From an uncultured Gammaproteobacteria bacterium (GTDB lineage: Bacteria > Patescibacteriota > Microgenomatia > CAZETR01 > Amesbacteraceae): a stretch of DNA of 41,549 nucleotides. The notes under the pieces were generated by a model. It made no database searches, was not told the origin of the DNA, and saw only the letters and a program-made list of their open reading frames with translations. Both the position numbers and the translations under genes were made by a program. The stretch is from contig CAYITQ010000002.1 of assembly GCA_964366335.1 (NCBI GenBank), forward strand, positions 1 to 41,549, written 5' to 3'. Positions 16,937-25,552 of the stretch are shown here, piece by piece (within the stretch, counting starts at the first letter, position 1; the number at the start of each line of letters is the position of its first letter).

Positions 16937-18765
16937 TTAGAGAGGTTAAGAAATTCTCGAATTTTTGGCAACATATCAAAATCTTTGTATGTTGCAATTT
17001 TTAATTCTGACCGGCCATGCTGGCTTAGGCCATAAATATTTCCAGCACCCCTGATCTCAAAATCTATTTGAGCAAGCTGTGATCCGATAAAGTTATTTTC
17101 CATGGCTTTGAGTCTGGCTGTATCTTGGGTCGAAAACAATAAACAGTAACCTTGCTGACCGGCACGGCCAACCCGGCCCCGCAATTGATGTAGGCTAGAC
17201 AACCCAAACCGGTAGGCATCCTCAACGACCATAATACCGGCGTTTGGTATATCCATTCCGACTTCCACGACCGGCGTAGACACCAAAATATCAATCTCAT
17301 TATTTCTAAATTTATTAATAACTTCATCTTTATTTTTCATCCGACCATGAAGTAGACCTAAACTTAATCCGTTGAAGGCTTTCTTCAACAATTCAAATTC
17401 GGTATTCACAGCCCGGATAGCTCCGAGAGATTCACTCTCGTCGATAAGACTACATACCCAAAAAACCTGAGTATTCTGTTTTTTAATCCATTCAATTGCC
17501 GAAGCTCTTTTTTCTTCTGGAACTATCCAGGTCTTAATTTGTTTTCGCCCGGTGGGCATTTCGGTTAATACCGATAAATCCAAATCTCCATATAATACTA
17601 AAGCTAATGTTCGCGGAATTGGGGTGGCCGTCATTGTCAGAACATGGGGTGTTCCGCCTTTGTGTTGCAAAAGTGTTCTTTGGGCTACACCGAATTTATG
17701 TTGTTCATCAATTATCACCAAGCCAACATTTTCATGATTTTCTGAAAGCAAGGCTTGGGTTCCAACAATCACATCACCTGAAATTTTGATCTGAGAAGTC
17801 ATAAGCCCGATCGTGACGTCAAACGGTGCCAGTAGTTTGATCAAGGTGTCATAGTGTTGTTGGGCCAAAATTTGAGTCGGGGCCATAATTAAAGTCTGAA
17901 AATTATTTAATTTGCATACCAGTGCCGCAATTGCAGCGACGACTGTCTTACCACTACCTACATCTCCTTCCAGTAGTCTGTTCATGGCTACAGGTTTTTC
18001 CAAATCAGCCAAGATTTCATCAATTGCCAAAGATTGGGAAGCTGTAAGTTTAAAAGGCAATGATTCCACAAATTTTGTGATTTGTGATTTGTCTATTTGA
18101 ATTTTGTATGCCACTCCCCTATTTTGCCAATCCTGACGTCTTTTCTGACTTTCAGTTTCAAGTTTCAGCAACTCATTAAATGCCAGATTACGGCGATATT
18201 TATCAACTTCATATAATTCTTTTGGAAAATGGACATTTCTTAGACTTAGGCTTAATTCTTCATCTAATATATTTAAATCTAATATCTCTCTAATTTTTTT
18301 CCTAAACCATTTGGATGTTAAGCCGGCAGTTTCCGGATAAATGGGAACAATAGTTCCTGCCGTATCTGTGTCACCGATTTGGGGACTTATTATTGCCAGC
18401 TTTCTGCCAAACCAATCAGCCTTGCCATATAGCGAGACTTTGGATCCTGAAGTAATAGTCCTGGCTAGATATCTCTGATTAAACCAAATAACCATTATTT
18501 TTCCGGTTTCATCAGTCAATTCCCCTTTTTGAATTACTTTTCCTGATTTAGTATATTCGTTTTTAATTTCAGAGATTGTTCCGACTACAGAAATCAAGTT
18601 ACCAGTCTTAATCTGATTTATCGGCGTGGTTATTCTTCTGTCCTCATATCTAAACGGCAAATGATGCAAGAGATCAAAAATAGTTTCAATCTCTAATTTC
18701 TCTAATTTCTTAGTCAGCATTGGTCCGATACCAGAGAGAGATGTAATTTTATCTGATAAATTCAT
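16900..18765 (-). CDS. recG: ATP-dependent DNA helicase RecG
   Basis: It has a wedge/OB N-terminus, Walker A (GDVGSGKT), a DEQH box, TATPIPRT and QLRGRVGR. I used ATG 18765; the track start at 18774 is a GTG inside a repeat. Confidence 0.95.
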   Translation of the reverse strand: MNLSDKITSLSGIGPMLTKKLEKLEIETIFDLLHHLPFRYEDRRITTPINQIKTGNLISVVGTISEIKNEYTKSGKVIQKGELTDETGKIMVIWFNQRYLARTITSGSKVSLYGKADWFGRKLAIISPQIGDTDTAGTIVPIYPETAGLTSKWFRKKIREILDLNILDEELSLSLRNVHFPKELYEVDKYRRNLAFNELLKLETESQKRRQDWQNRGVAYKIQIDKSQITKFVESLPFKLTASQSLAIDEILADLEKPVAMNRLLEGDVGSGKTVVAAIAALVCKLNNFQTLIMAPTQILAQQHYDTLIKLLAPFDVTIGLMTSQIKISGDVIVGTQALLSENHENVGLVIIDEQHKFGVAQRTLLQHKGGTPHVLTMTATPIPRTLALVLYGDLDLSVLTEMPTGRKQIKTWIVPEEKRASAIEWIKKQNTQVFWVCSLIDESESLGAIRAVNTEFELLKKAFNGLSLGLLHGRMKNKDEVINKFRNNEIDILVSTPVVEVGMDIPNAGIMVVEDAYRFGLSSLHQLRGRVGRAGQQGYCLLFSTQDTARLKAMENNFIGSQLAQIDFEIRGAGNIYGLSQHGRSELKIATYKDFDMLPKIREFLNLSNHISNKSSEGYL

Positions 18766-18767
18766 AA

Positions 18768-18803
18768 GTATCACCCCCTGCCCCCTCTTAATCTAAGAGG
18801 GGG
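18768..18803 (+). repeat. palindrome-containing repeat, left copy 1
   Basis: GTATCACCCCCTG followed by the hairpin CCCCCTCTTA-atc-TAAGAGGGGG. It is identical to copy 2, which lies 54 bp downstream. Confidence 0.9.
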
Positions 18804-18821
18804 TAAAGAATAATATTAATT

Positions 18822-18857
18822 GTATCACCCCCTGCCCCCTCTTAATCTAAGAGGGGG
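18822..18857 (+). repeat. palindrome-containing repeat, left copy 2
   Basis: An identical 36-mer. Each of the two copies is followed by AGAATAATATT. Confidence 0.9.
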
Positions 18858-18877
18858 TTTACGGTAGAATAATATTT

Positions 18878-19234
18878 ATGAAAACTTTGTTTCATTTACA
18901 GAGAACTACTATGAAAGAACGGAGACAAGGTCTACGAAATAACGCTACCCCGGAAGAGAGATTGTTGTGGAAACAACTTCAAGGATCAAAGTTAGGTTTT
19001 AAATTTATCAGACAATTTAGTGTTGATAATTATGTGGTTGATTTCTATTGTCCAAGCAAGCGGTTGGCCATTGAATTAGATGGAGGTGTTCATAAAAAAA
19101 CAATTAAATATGATGAATACAGAACGAGTTATCTAGAAGCATTCAGTATTAAAGTTCTTAGATTCAATAACTCAGAGGTCAATTTAGATATACGATCAGT
19201 AATTAAAAGAATAATGTTCTCCCTCTTAGATTAA
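18878..19234 (+). CDS. DUF559 / Vsr-like endonuclease-domain protein
   Basis: RNNATPEERLLWKQL...FKFIRQFSVDNYVVDFYC...LAIELDGGVH...VLRFNNSEV is the characteristic DUF559 pattern. Confidence 0.85.
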   Translation: MKTLFHLQRTTMKERRQGLRNNATPEERLLWKQLQGSKLGFKFIRQFSVDNYVVDFYCPSKRLAIELDGGVHKKTIKYDEYRTSYLEAFSIKVLRFNNSEVNLDIRSVIKRIMFSLLD

Positions 19235-19259
19235 GAGGGAGAAGAAAAGAGGGTGATAC
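19218..19259 (+). repeat. inverted copy of the palindrome repeat (right end)
   Basis: The hairpin TCTCCCTCTTA-gat-TAAGAGGGAGA is followed by ...AGAGGGTGATAC, the reverse complement of the GTATCACCC... arm. It spans the DUF559 stop codon. Confidence 0.8.
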
Positions 19260-19372
19260 TTAAAGATAAAGTAGATAGGGCAGGAAAGTTCCCGCTATCA
19301 AAGCAAGCGATGCAATAATGATAATGGTTGAAAGAATTTTTTTCTTTTTCTTGGAATTCATACCATAAATGA

Positions 19373-19378
19373 TATACT
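19373..19378 (+). promoter_or_regulatory. extended -10 box for the PBP gene
   Basis: TGaTATACT followed by 8 nt and then ATG 19387. Confidence 0.4.
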
Positions 19379-19386
19379 TAAAGACA

Positions 19387-21828
19387 ATGAGAATCAAGTA
19401 CTTCAACAAGTCTAAGTTAGTATTGTATGGAGCGATCGGTACTTTGGTGTCAATGGTAGTCGGAATATTGGCATTAATAATAGTATTTGCGTATGTAGCC
19501 CAAGACCTGCCAAGCCCCGACCGGGTCGTCCGCCGGGAAGGATTTGCCACAAAAATATTCGACAGAAAGGGAGAGCTGTTGTATGACGTTTTTGACAACG
19601 AAAGACGGACACCGGTTGCACTTTCTGATGTACCAATGAGCCTCCGGCAGGCAACGATTGCCATTGAAGACAAAAACTTTTATACCCATGTGGGTGTTGA
19701 CCCCCTAACGCCATTTAGAATAATGTGGAATCTGGCAATCAAACGCAGACTTGTGGGCGGATCCGGTCTGACTCAACAATTGGTCAAAACGGTCATTCTC
19801 TCTTCTGAGAGGACACTAACCCGCAAAATCAAAGAATTTATCTTAGCTTTGCAAATCGAACAAAAATATTCCAAAGACCAAATTCTCCTGATGTACCTGA
19901 ATGAAGTTCCATATGGTGGGACTGCCTATGGCATAGAATCAGCAAGTCAAACATATTTTGGCAAGTCTGCCCGCGAGCTGTCTGTGGCCGAATCTGTAAT
20001 TTTGGCAGGACTCCCCCAATCTCCATCAAACTATTCTCCCTATTCCGGAAAACTGTATATCAACCGCAGTAACGAGGTTTTAAGAAGAATGCGGGAAGAT
20101 GGCTACATTACAAGTATTCAGGAAACAGGAATCAGGACGCAGATTGATAAAATTATTTTTTCGACCCAGAGTGGAGTGCTCAAGGCTCCACATTTTGTGT
20201 TTTATGTTAAACAAAAGTTAATTGAAAGATATGGTGAAAAAGCGGTGGAACAGGGAGGCTTAAGAGTGACAACGACACTGGATCTCTCGCTTCAGGAATT
20301 GGCCCAAAAAACAGTCAGGGAGGAAATTGCTGCTGTCAAAAACCTGAAAATTACCAACGGGGCCCTCGTTGCCATTGATCCCGGCACGGGACAAATATTA
20401 TCAATGGTTGGCTCAAAAGATTGGTCAGACCCAAATTATGATGGCAAATATAATGTTACTTTGGCTTCCCGCCAGCCGGGTAGCACAATTAAACCCGTGG
20501 TCTATCTGGCAGGTCTTCGCAAAGGCTTTACCGCCTCGACACTGATTTTAGATACCAAGACATCTTTTCCGGGAGGAGATAAACCGGAATATGTTCCCGA
20601 AAATTATGACGGTAAATTCAGAGGTCCGATTTTGGTCCGCGAGGCTTTGGGCAATTCCATAAATATTCCGGCTGTAAAAATGCTTTCTTGGGTAGGAATT
20701 TCTGACATGATGCAGACCGCCTATGATCTGGGAATAACTACTTTGGAACCGACGGCTGAAAATTTAAAGAGGGTAGGTTTATCTGTGGCCTTGGGCGGCG
20801 GAGAGGTTCGCCCATTAGATATAATTTCTGCTTACAGTGCATTTGCCAACGGTGGAATAAAACATGATCCGCTAGCGATTCTCAAGGTGACCGACAGTAA
20901 CAATCGGATTTTGGAAGAATGGCGACCTGATTCAGGTAAACGAGTTATGTCCACGGGTGAAGCTTTTATAATTTCATCAATATTGTCTGATTCCAAATCC
21001 CGGGATATTACTTTTGGTCCCCGAAGTCTGATTAATGTCGAAGGCAGGACTATCTCAGTCAAGACTGGAACGACTAATGACAAACGGGACAATTGGACCA
21101 TTGGCTGGACACCATCAGTCATTGTCGGAGTCTGGGTTGGAAACAATGATAATTCTCCGATGCGGGAAGTAGCCTCCGGCACTACCGGGGCAGCTCCCAT
21201 TTGGCGCAAAGTAATATTGGCAGCATTGAAAGAAAAACTGGACGAGCCCCTCTCTCCCCCTGATGATATTGTGCAAATTGACGTCGATAAAATTTCCGGA
21301 TATGCAGCACATGATAATTTTGAATTAAAAAAAGAATATTTTATTAAAGGCACAGAACCGGCAGGAGACGACCCCGTACATAAAAATGTCAGAAATTGTA
21401 ATGGTGATCTCAAAGAAGTCTTGATCTTTAAGGAAAGAGATCCCTTTGAAAAAGATGGTAAAAATTTGTGGCAAACGGGGATTGACGAGTGGCTGGCGGG
21501 CCAGGCTGATCCCAAGTATCATCCCGAAAACATTCAATCTTGTGGTAATCAAGTCTGGATTTCCATGCAGTCCCCTGCGGATAAATCCCGGGTGGATTCC
21601 AACGATGTGGAAATCCGCTTTGATGTCACTTCTCCAAATCCTATTAAAAAAGCCGAGGTGTCAGTAGACGGTGTATTAAAACAGACCTTAATATCTGAAC
21701 CGTGGAAAGTGACAGTTAATATGGCGAATGCTCCCTATCATAAGATTGACGTGGTAGTGACGGACGAACAAGATAATATAGGTTCAAGATTTCTGGAAAT
21801 CGGTGTCAATCAGGATTTCTCGCACTGA
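19387..21828 (+). CDS. class A penicillin-binding protein (GT51 transglycosylase plus transpeptidase) with a C-terminal beta-rich domain
   Basis: GT51 motifs are RQATIAIEDKNFYTHVGVD and RKIKEF. Transpeptidase motifs are SxxK (STIKP), SxN (SIN) and KTGTT. The alternative start is ATG 19369. Confidence 0.9.
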   Translation: MRIKYFNKSKLVLYGAIGTLVSMVVGILALIIVFAYVAQDLPSPDRVVRREGFATKIFDRKGELLYDVFDNERRTPVALSDVPMSLRQATIAIEDKNFYTHVGVDPLTPFRIMWNLAIKRRLVGGSGLTQQLVKTVILSSERTLTRKIKEFILALQIEQKYSKDQILLMYLNEVPYGGTAYGIESASQTYFGKSARELSVAESVILAGLPQSPSNYSPYSGKLYINRSNEVLRRMREDGYITSIQETGIRTQIDKIIFSTQSGVLKAPHFVFYVKQKLIERYGEKAVEQGGLRVTTTLDLSLQELAQKTVREEIAAVKNLKITNGALVAIDPGTGQILSMVGSKDWSDPNYDGKYNVTLASRQPGSTIKPVVYLAGLRKGFTASTLILDTKTSFPGGDKPEYVPENYDGKFRGPILVREALGNSINIPAVKMLSWVGISDMMQTAYDLGITTLEPTAENLKRVGLSVALGGGEVRPLDIISAYSAFANGGIKHDPLAILKVTDSNNRILEEWRPDSGKRVMSTGEAFIISSILSDSKSRDITFGPRSLINVEGRTISVKTGTTNDKRDNWTIGWTPSVIVGVWVGNNDNSPMREVASGTTGAAPIWRKVILAALKEKLDEPLSPPDDIVQIDVDKISGYAAHDNFELKKEYFIKGTEPAGDDPVHKNVRNCNGDLKEVLIFKERDPFEKDGKNLWQTGIDEWLAGQADPKYHPENIQSCGNQVWISMQSPADKSRVDSNDVEIRFDVTSPNPIKKAEVSVDGVLKQTLISEPWKVTVNMANAPYHKIDVVVTDEQDNIGSRFLEIGVNQDFSH

Positions 21829-23568
21829 GGCGATATCTTCATTTGAAAGCTGTCTATTATTATCGTGATAAGTAATTCTTAAAGTTAATTTATCTCCATA
21901 TTTTTCTATAAATTCAATATTTTTAATCAGCGGGCTGATAGATTTGATTTTGGCAATCAAACTATCATAACTTTCAGTCAGAGTAATATTTATATCTTCA
22001 ATAATTGGTGAAAATTTCGATATTGGAGTATATTTTTTGATAGTGGTAGCAAGTTGTAAAATCTTTTGGAGATTAATTTCACAAGTCAGACAGTCTGAAT
22101 GCTCAACAATTTTTATTTCAGTTGTTACTCCAATTTTTAAAAGCAAAGCTTCAATTATTCCTTTGAGACGAGAATAGTCTTTGTTGGTAGTCGATAGAAT
22201 CAAATGCAATTCCTCATGAGGAATATAAACATTGGCTATTTCAAAGAAGTTTAATTCAGGTATTCGGCCCAAATTTTCATCAATTATTTTTAGATGTGAA
22301 TTGGCTAAATTAGTTCTGAGATATGTCCATTCTGAAGACAGCGGATTTTTAAGTTTCAATCCCGTATCTTTGTCTACTAATGAATAAGTATAGCTTTCGG
22401 TAAAACCCCAGTGCGATAAAGCCGATTTGATTTTACTTTCCCAATAAAATGTTTTGTCATAATGAGGTTTTGGTAACGGTCCTGACATCAGAACCGAGGG
22501 TAAATTGTGATACCCATAAATCCGGGCCACTTCTTCAGCTAAATCTTCAGAAATATTTATATCTGGTTTTCGCCACCAGGGAACTGTGACTTGCGACCCT
22601 TTAACTTGGAAACCTAACGAATTCAAGATGTTCTTAATTTCAATTTGTTTAATCTCTATTCCTAAATCAAGTTTTTTTAACTTAACAATCTTGATCTCCT
22701 CTTTGACATTTAAAATGTCTAAGACAGCTTCTTTTGTACCACCAAACATCTTAATTCCTTTTTGAAGTGTTGGCAAAACATTTTCTGTAGACAATCCTTT
22801 CTCAAACAATATCGCAGCACTTGTCCGGTGAGCCAAACCCATAGAAGTTTTCCGGATATGAGTGGGTTCATATACCTGAACAAACAACAATACATTTTTG
22901 GTATTTTCGTCTACGGCTGAATTGTGTCCTCCCATAATTCCGCACAAATCAATAAGTTTTTCAGAACCATCCTCGATCACAATATCACCACCCGGCAAGT
23001 TGAATTCTTTATTATCCAATGTTGTGATCTTTTCTCCTTTTTTACTCTCTCGTAATATCATTTTGTGACCTGAAATTTTGTCATAATCGAAAGTATGGAC
23101 AGGTTGGCCCATTTCCAGCATCAAATAATTGCTGATATCTATAACATTGTTTAAAACACGCAGTCCGCATAATTCTAAACGATCTCTTATTATTTTGGGT
23201 GACTCCCCTACTTTGATATTTTCAATCAGTACCGCTGAAAATCTAAAACACAGGTTTTTATCAACTTTGACATTTAAATAATCGACTTTACCTGCGGTTT
23301 TTATTTCAAATTTCGAATTTCTAATTTTAAATTTTGTCTTGTATCCAAACCGTGGAAGTATTGCTAAACATTCGCGGGCAATTCCTATTACAGACATCAT
23401 GTCTACCCTGTTGGTCGTGACTTCAATATCATAAACATAATCATTGCCCTTTTTATAAAGTCTCTCGACCGATGGACCACATAAGGACAAGGTTTCCTGT
23501 ATTTGCTTAGGTGTAGCATTAGTTTCAATAAACTCTCTCAGCCAGGAATCTGGTATCAATATTTGCAT
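21784..23568 (-). CDS. pheT: phenylalanyl-tRNA synthetase beta subunit, short form
   Basis: It has the B1 N-terminus (IPDSWLREF), TTNRVDMMS, B3/4 and B5 regions, and a C-terminal anticodon-binding-like domain. The OB/EMAP tRNA-binding insert is absent. Confidence 0.9.
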   Translation of the reverse strand: MQILIPDSWLREFIETNATPKQIQETLSLCGPSVERLYKKGNDYVYDIEVTTNRVDMMSVIGIARECLAILPRFGYKTKFKIRNSKFEIKTAGKVDYLNVKVDKNLCFRFSAVLIENIKVGESPKIIRDRLELCGLRVLNNVIDISNYLMLEMGQPVHTFDYDKISGHKMILRESKKGEKITTLDNKEFNLPGGDIVIEDGSEKLIDLCGIMGGHNSAVDENTKNVLLFVQVYEPTHIRKTSMGLAHRTSAAILFEKGLSTENVLPTLQKGIKMFGGTKEAVLDILNVKEEIKIVKLKKLDLGIEIKQIEIKNILNSLGFQVKGSQVTVPWWRKPDINISEDLAEEVARIYGYHNLPSVLMSGPLPKPHYDKTFYWESKIKSALSHWGFTESYTYSLVDKDTGLKLKNPLSSEWTYLRTNLANSHLKIIDENLGRIPELNFFEIANVYIPHEELHLILSTTNKDYSRLKGIIEALLLKIGVTTEIKIVEHSDCLTCEINLQKILQLATTIKKYTPISKFSPIIEDINITLTESYDSLIAKIKSISPLIKNIEFIEKYGDKLTLRITYHDNNRQLSNEDIASVREILIDTDFQKS

Positions 23569-23569
23569 A

Positions 23570-24592
23570 TCAAAATTGATTTAAAAAACGGATGTCGTTA
23601 CCATATAACAAGCGCAAGTCGTCAATTTTGACGCCGGATTTCATCATATAAGTTCTTTCCACTCCCCAGCCAAAAGCAAAACCAGTGTATTTTTCCGTAT
23701 CTATTTTGCCGGCTTTCAAAACATTGGGATGCACCATACCCGCTCCACCTAGTTCTAGCCAACCTTCTTTACACAATTTACAGCCCTTGCCCAAACAAAT
23801 ATCGCAAGTGACATCCACTTCAAAAGATGGTTCGGTAAATTGAAAATGATTGGGTCTAAGTCGTGATATTCTTTTTGGACCAAAAAATTGTTTGACAAAA
23901 TGATCTATAGTTCCCTTAAGATGTGAGATATTAATTCCCTCATCAATTACTAGGCCTTCAAACTGATGAAACATGACCGTATGTGAAATATCCGATTGGC
24001 GGCGATAACACTTGCCAATATTTATCATCCGTATCGGTGGGGTTTTTACTCTTTCCATTTCCCGGACTTGGCCATTACTGGTATGAGGAGTAAGTACCTG
24101 TTTTCCAAATCTTTTATCTTCAGGGACATCAACAAAAAATGTTTCAATATCATCTCGGGCGGGATGGGTTTTTTGCATATTCAAAGTTTCAAAGGCATAC
24201 CAATCCCAATCAACTTCTGGATAACGAACTCTAACAAAGCCAATCTTTTCAAAAATACTACTGATTTCCTCAATGGCATGAGTGACGGGATGAAGGTGTC
24301 CCAATGTTGGCATCTTCCCCGGCAATGTCTCATCAATTTTCTCTGAACCTTTGAGCCTCTGCACCTTTGCGCCTTGCAAAGCATTTTCAATGGCTATTTT
24401 AGATTCGCTAAAAATTCGACCCACATCTGCTTTTTCTACAGCGTTTAAATTTTTAAATTCCTTGGTAATTTGGGTCAATTGGCCCCTCTTACCCAAATAA
24501 TTAAGCCTCAGTCTTTCCAGTTCATCTTGGTCTTTGGCGTTCATAATCATTCCCAACGCCTCATTCTTGATATTTAGCAGTTTGTCTTTCAT
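23570..24592 (-). CDS. pheS: phenylalanyl-tRNA synthetase alpha subunit
   Basis: It has class II motifs (HPARD, FRxE-like CYRRQSDISHTVMFHQFEG, GFAFGWGVERT). Confidence 0.95.
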   Translation of the reverse strand: MKDKLLNIKNEALGMIMNAKDQDELERLRLNYLGKRGQLTQITKEFKNLNAVEKADVGRIFSESKIAIENALQGAKVQRLKGSEKIDETLPGKMPTLGHLHPVTHAIEEISSIFEKIGFVRVRYPEVDWDWYAFETLNMQKTHPARDDIETFFVDVPEDKRFGKQVLTPHTSNGQVREMERVKTPPIRMINIGKCYRRQSDISHTVMFHQFEGLVIDEGINISHLKGTIDHFVKQFFGPKRISRLRPNHFQFTEPSFEVDVTCDICLGKGCKLCKEGWLELGGAGMVHPNVLKAGKIDTEKYTGFAFGWGVERTYMMKSGVKIDDLRLLYGNDIRFLNQF

Positions 24593-24718
24593 ATATGTGT
24601 TATAATACTCGTATTAGTCGTTTAAGACTAGTCCGGCATTTTGAGAGTTGGCCATGAAACTAACTCTCTTTTTCTTTGGTAAATAACTTCGACATAAGTT
24701 GATTATAAACGATTTTTA

Positions 24719-25552
24719 TCATCCATGGTATTTGTGATTAAGTTGGATATGTGGAGATTCGTTAAGTAGAGATAAAGCGATTACTGGAGTTGTAGCTATC
24801 GCGATCACATGGGATTCGAGAACATCTTTTAAATATCCAAAAGCTATTGCTGCTTCAGCCAATTCTGTTATAGCATCTTGCTCTTTATAGCCATCGCCGT
24901 GTAACTTTTGCCTTTGTTTCACAATTGATCTAGCAATTTTAGGATTTACATCACCAGAAATAGACAGAATCGTATCACGGTAATCAAGAATATCGACTAT
25001 GGTGACCGAAGAATCAAAATAATCATTCCCTCGTTTAGATAATTGGTCTCTAGTTTTATCTGCTGTTGATTCTAGTCTAGACCGGGCCTCAGTTATACTT
25101 AATCCGCAGACAAGCTCTCCCCTTTCCATCACTTCCCATCCCGGAAATATTACAGAAAGATTAACTGGACGCTTGGTTCTATTTGATAACGGTGATAGGA
25201 CTTTTGCAAAACGATCCACGTTTCCAGCAGTTTGAGATATTCCATTGCCTAATTCTGCCATTTTATAATGCCAGATGTCGTTAATATAATAACCGCCATA
25301 ATCAGGACAAACGACACATCCAAAATATAATGTACTGGAATTTCCGACAGCAGCTAGAGTTGAAGCTAAAAGAATTAATTCACGCTCGTTATGTTTCTTT
25401 ATTGTCCAATCTCCCAGAATACATTGGACTAAAAGATCAATATCAAATCCGTAAGGTTTGGAGAATATTCCTGACCTCGCAACAACCGATTCTAATAAAT
25501 CTAGATCATTAGGGCCAACTTCTGTTTCATAAGAATCTCTCAATTCGCTCAT
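24719..25552 (-). CDS. hypothetical protein (277 aa), no family recognised
   Basis: It is a long ORF translationally coupled to the upstream M24 gene by a 4-nt overlap. There are no TM helices, and it contains FGCVVCPDYGG. Confidence 0.5.
   Translation of the reverse strand: MSELRDSYETEVGPNDLDLLESVVARSGIFSKPYGFDIDLLVQCILGDWTIKKHNERELILLASTLAAVGNSSTLYFGCVVCPDYGGYYINDIWHYKMAELGNGISQTAGNVDRFAKVLSPLSNRTKRPVNLSVIFPGWEVMERGELVCGLSITEARSRLESTADKTRDQLSKRGNDYFDSSVTIVDILDYRDTILSISGDVNPKIARSIVKQRQKLHGDGYKEQDAITELAEAAIAFGYLKDVLESHVIAIATTPVIALSLLNESPHIQLNHKYHG

Larger units (their letters stand above)
18768..19259 (+). mobile_element. putative inverted-repeat-bounded DUF559 endonuclease cassette
   Basis: A single endonuclease gene is bracketed by two tandem left copies and one inverted right copy of the same element of about 36 nt. 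Confidence 0.35.

Noticed and set aside
19260-19673. A 137-aa minus-strand ORF, including a possible 33-aa hydrophobic peptide (MNSKKKKKILSTIIIIASLALIAGTFLPYLLYL, 19260-19361).
   Set aside because: Most of the ORF is antisense to the PBP gene. The short peptide alone is plausible as a membrane micro-protein, but nothing beyond hydrophobicity supports it.
20832-21515. A 227-aa minus-strand ORF inside the PBP gene. This stands for many other antisense ORFs in the track, for example 282-479, 985-1215, 9026-9415, 9309-9617, 11604-11869, 15700-16071, 16105-16491, 17064-17327, 24181-24390, 32329-32631 and 38503-38802.
   Set aside because: All lie opposite genes with unambiguous family motifs. Their sequences are low-complexity or Ser/Pro/Leu-rich, as is typical of antisense frames.
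24640-24680. The hairpin GAGAGTT-12 nt-AACTCTC between the 277-aa ORF and pheS.
   Set aside because: Its T tract follows the hairpin only on the plus strand, where there is no upstream gene. On the minus (coding) strand it is followed by AAAA. I did not call it a terminator.
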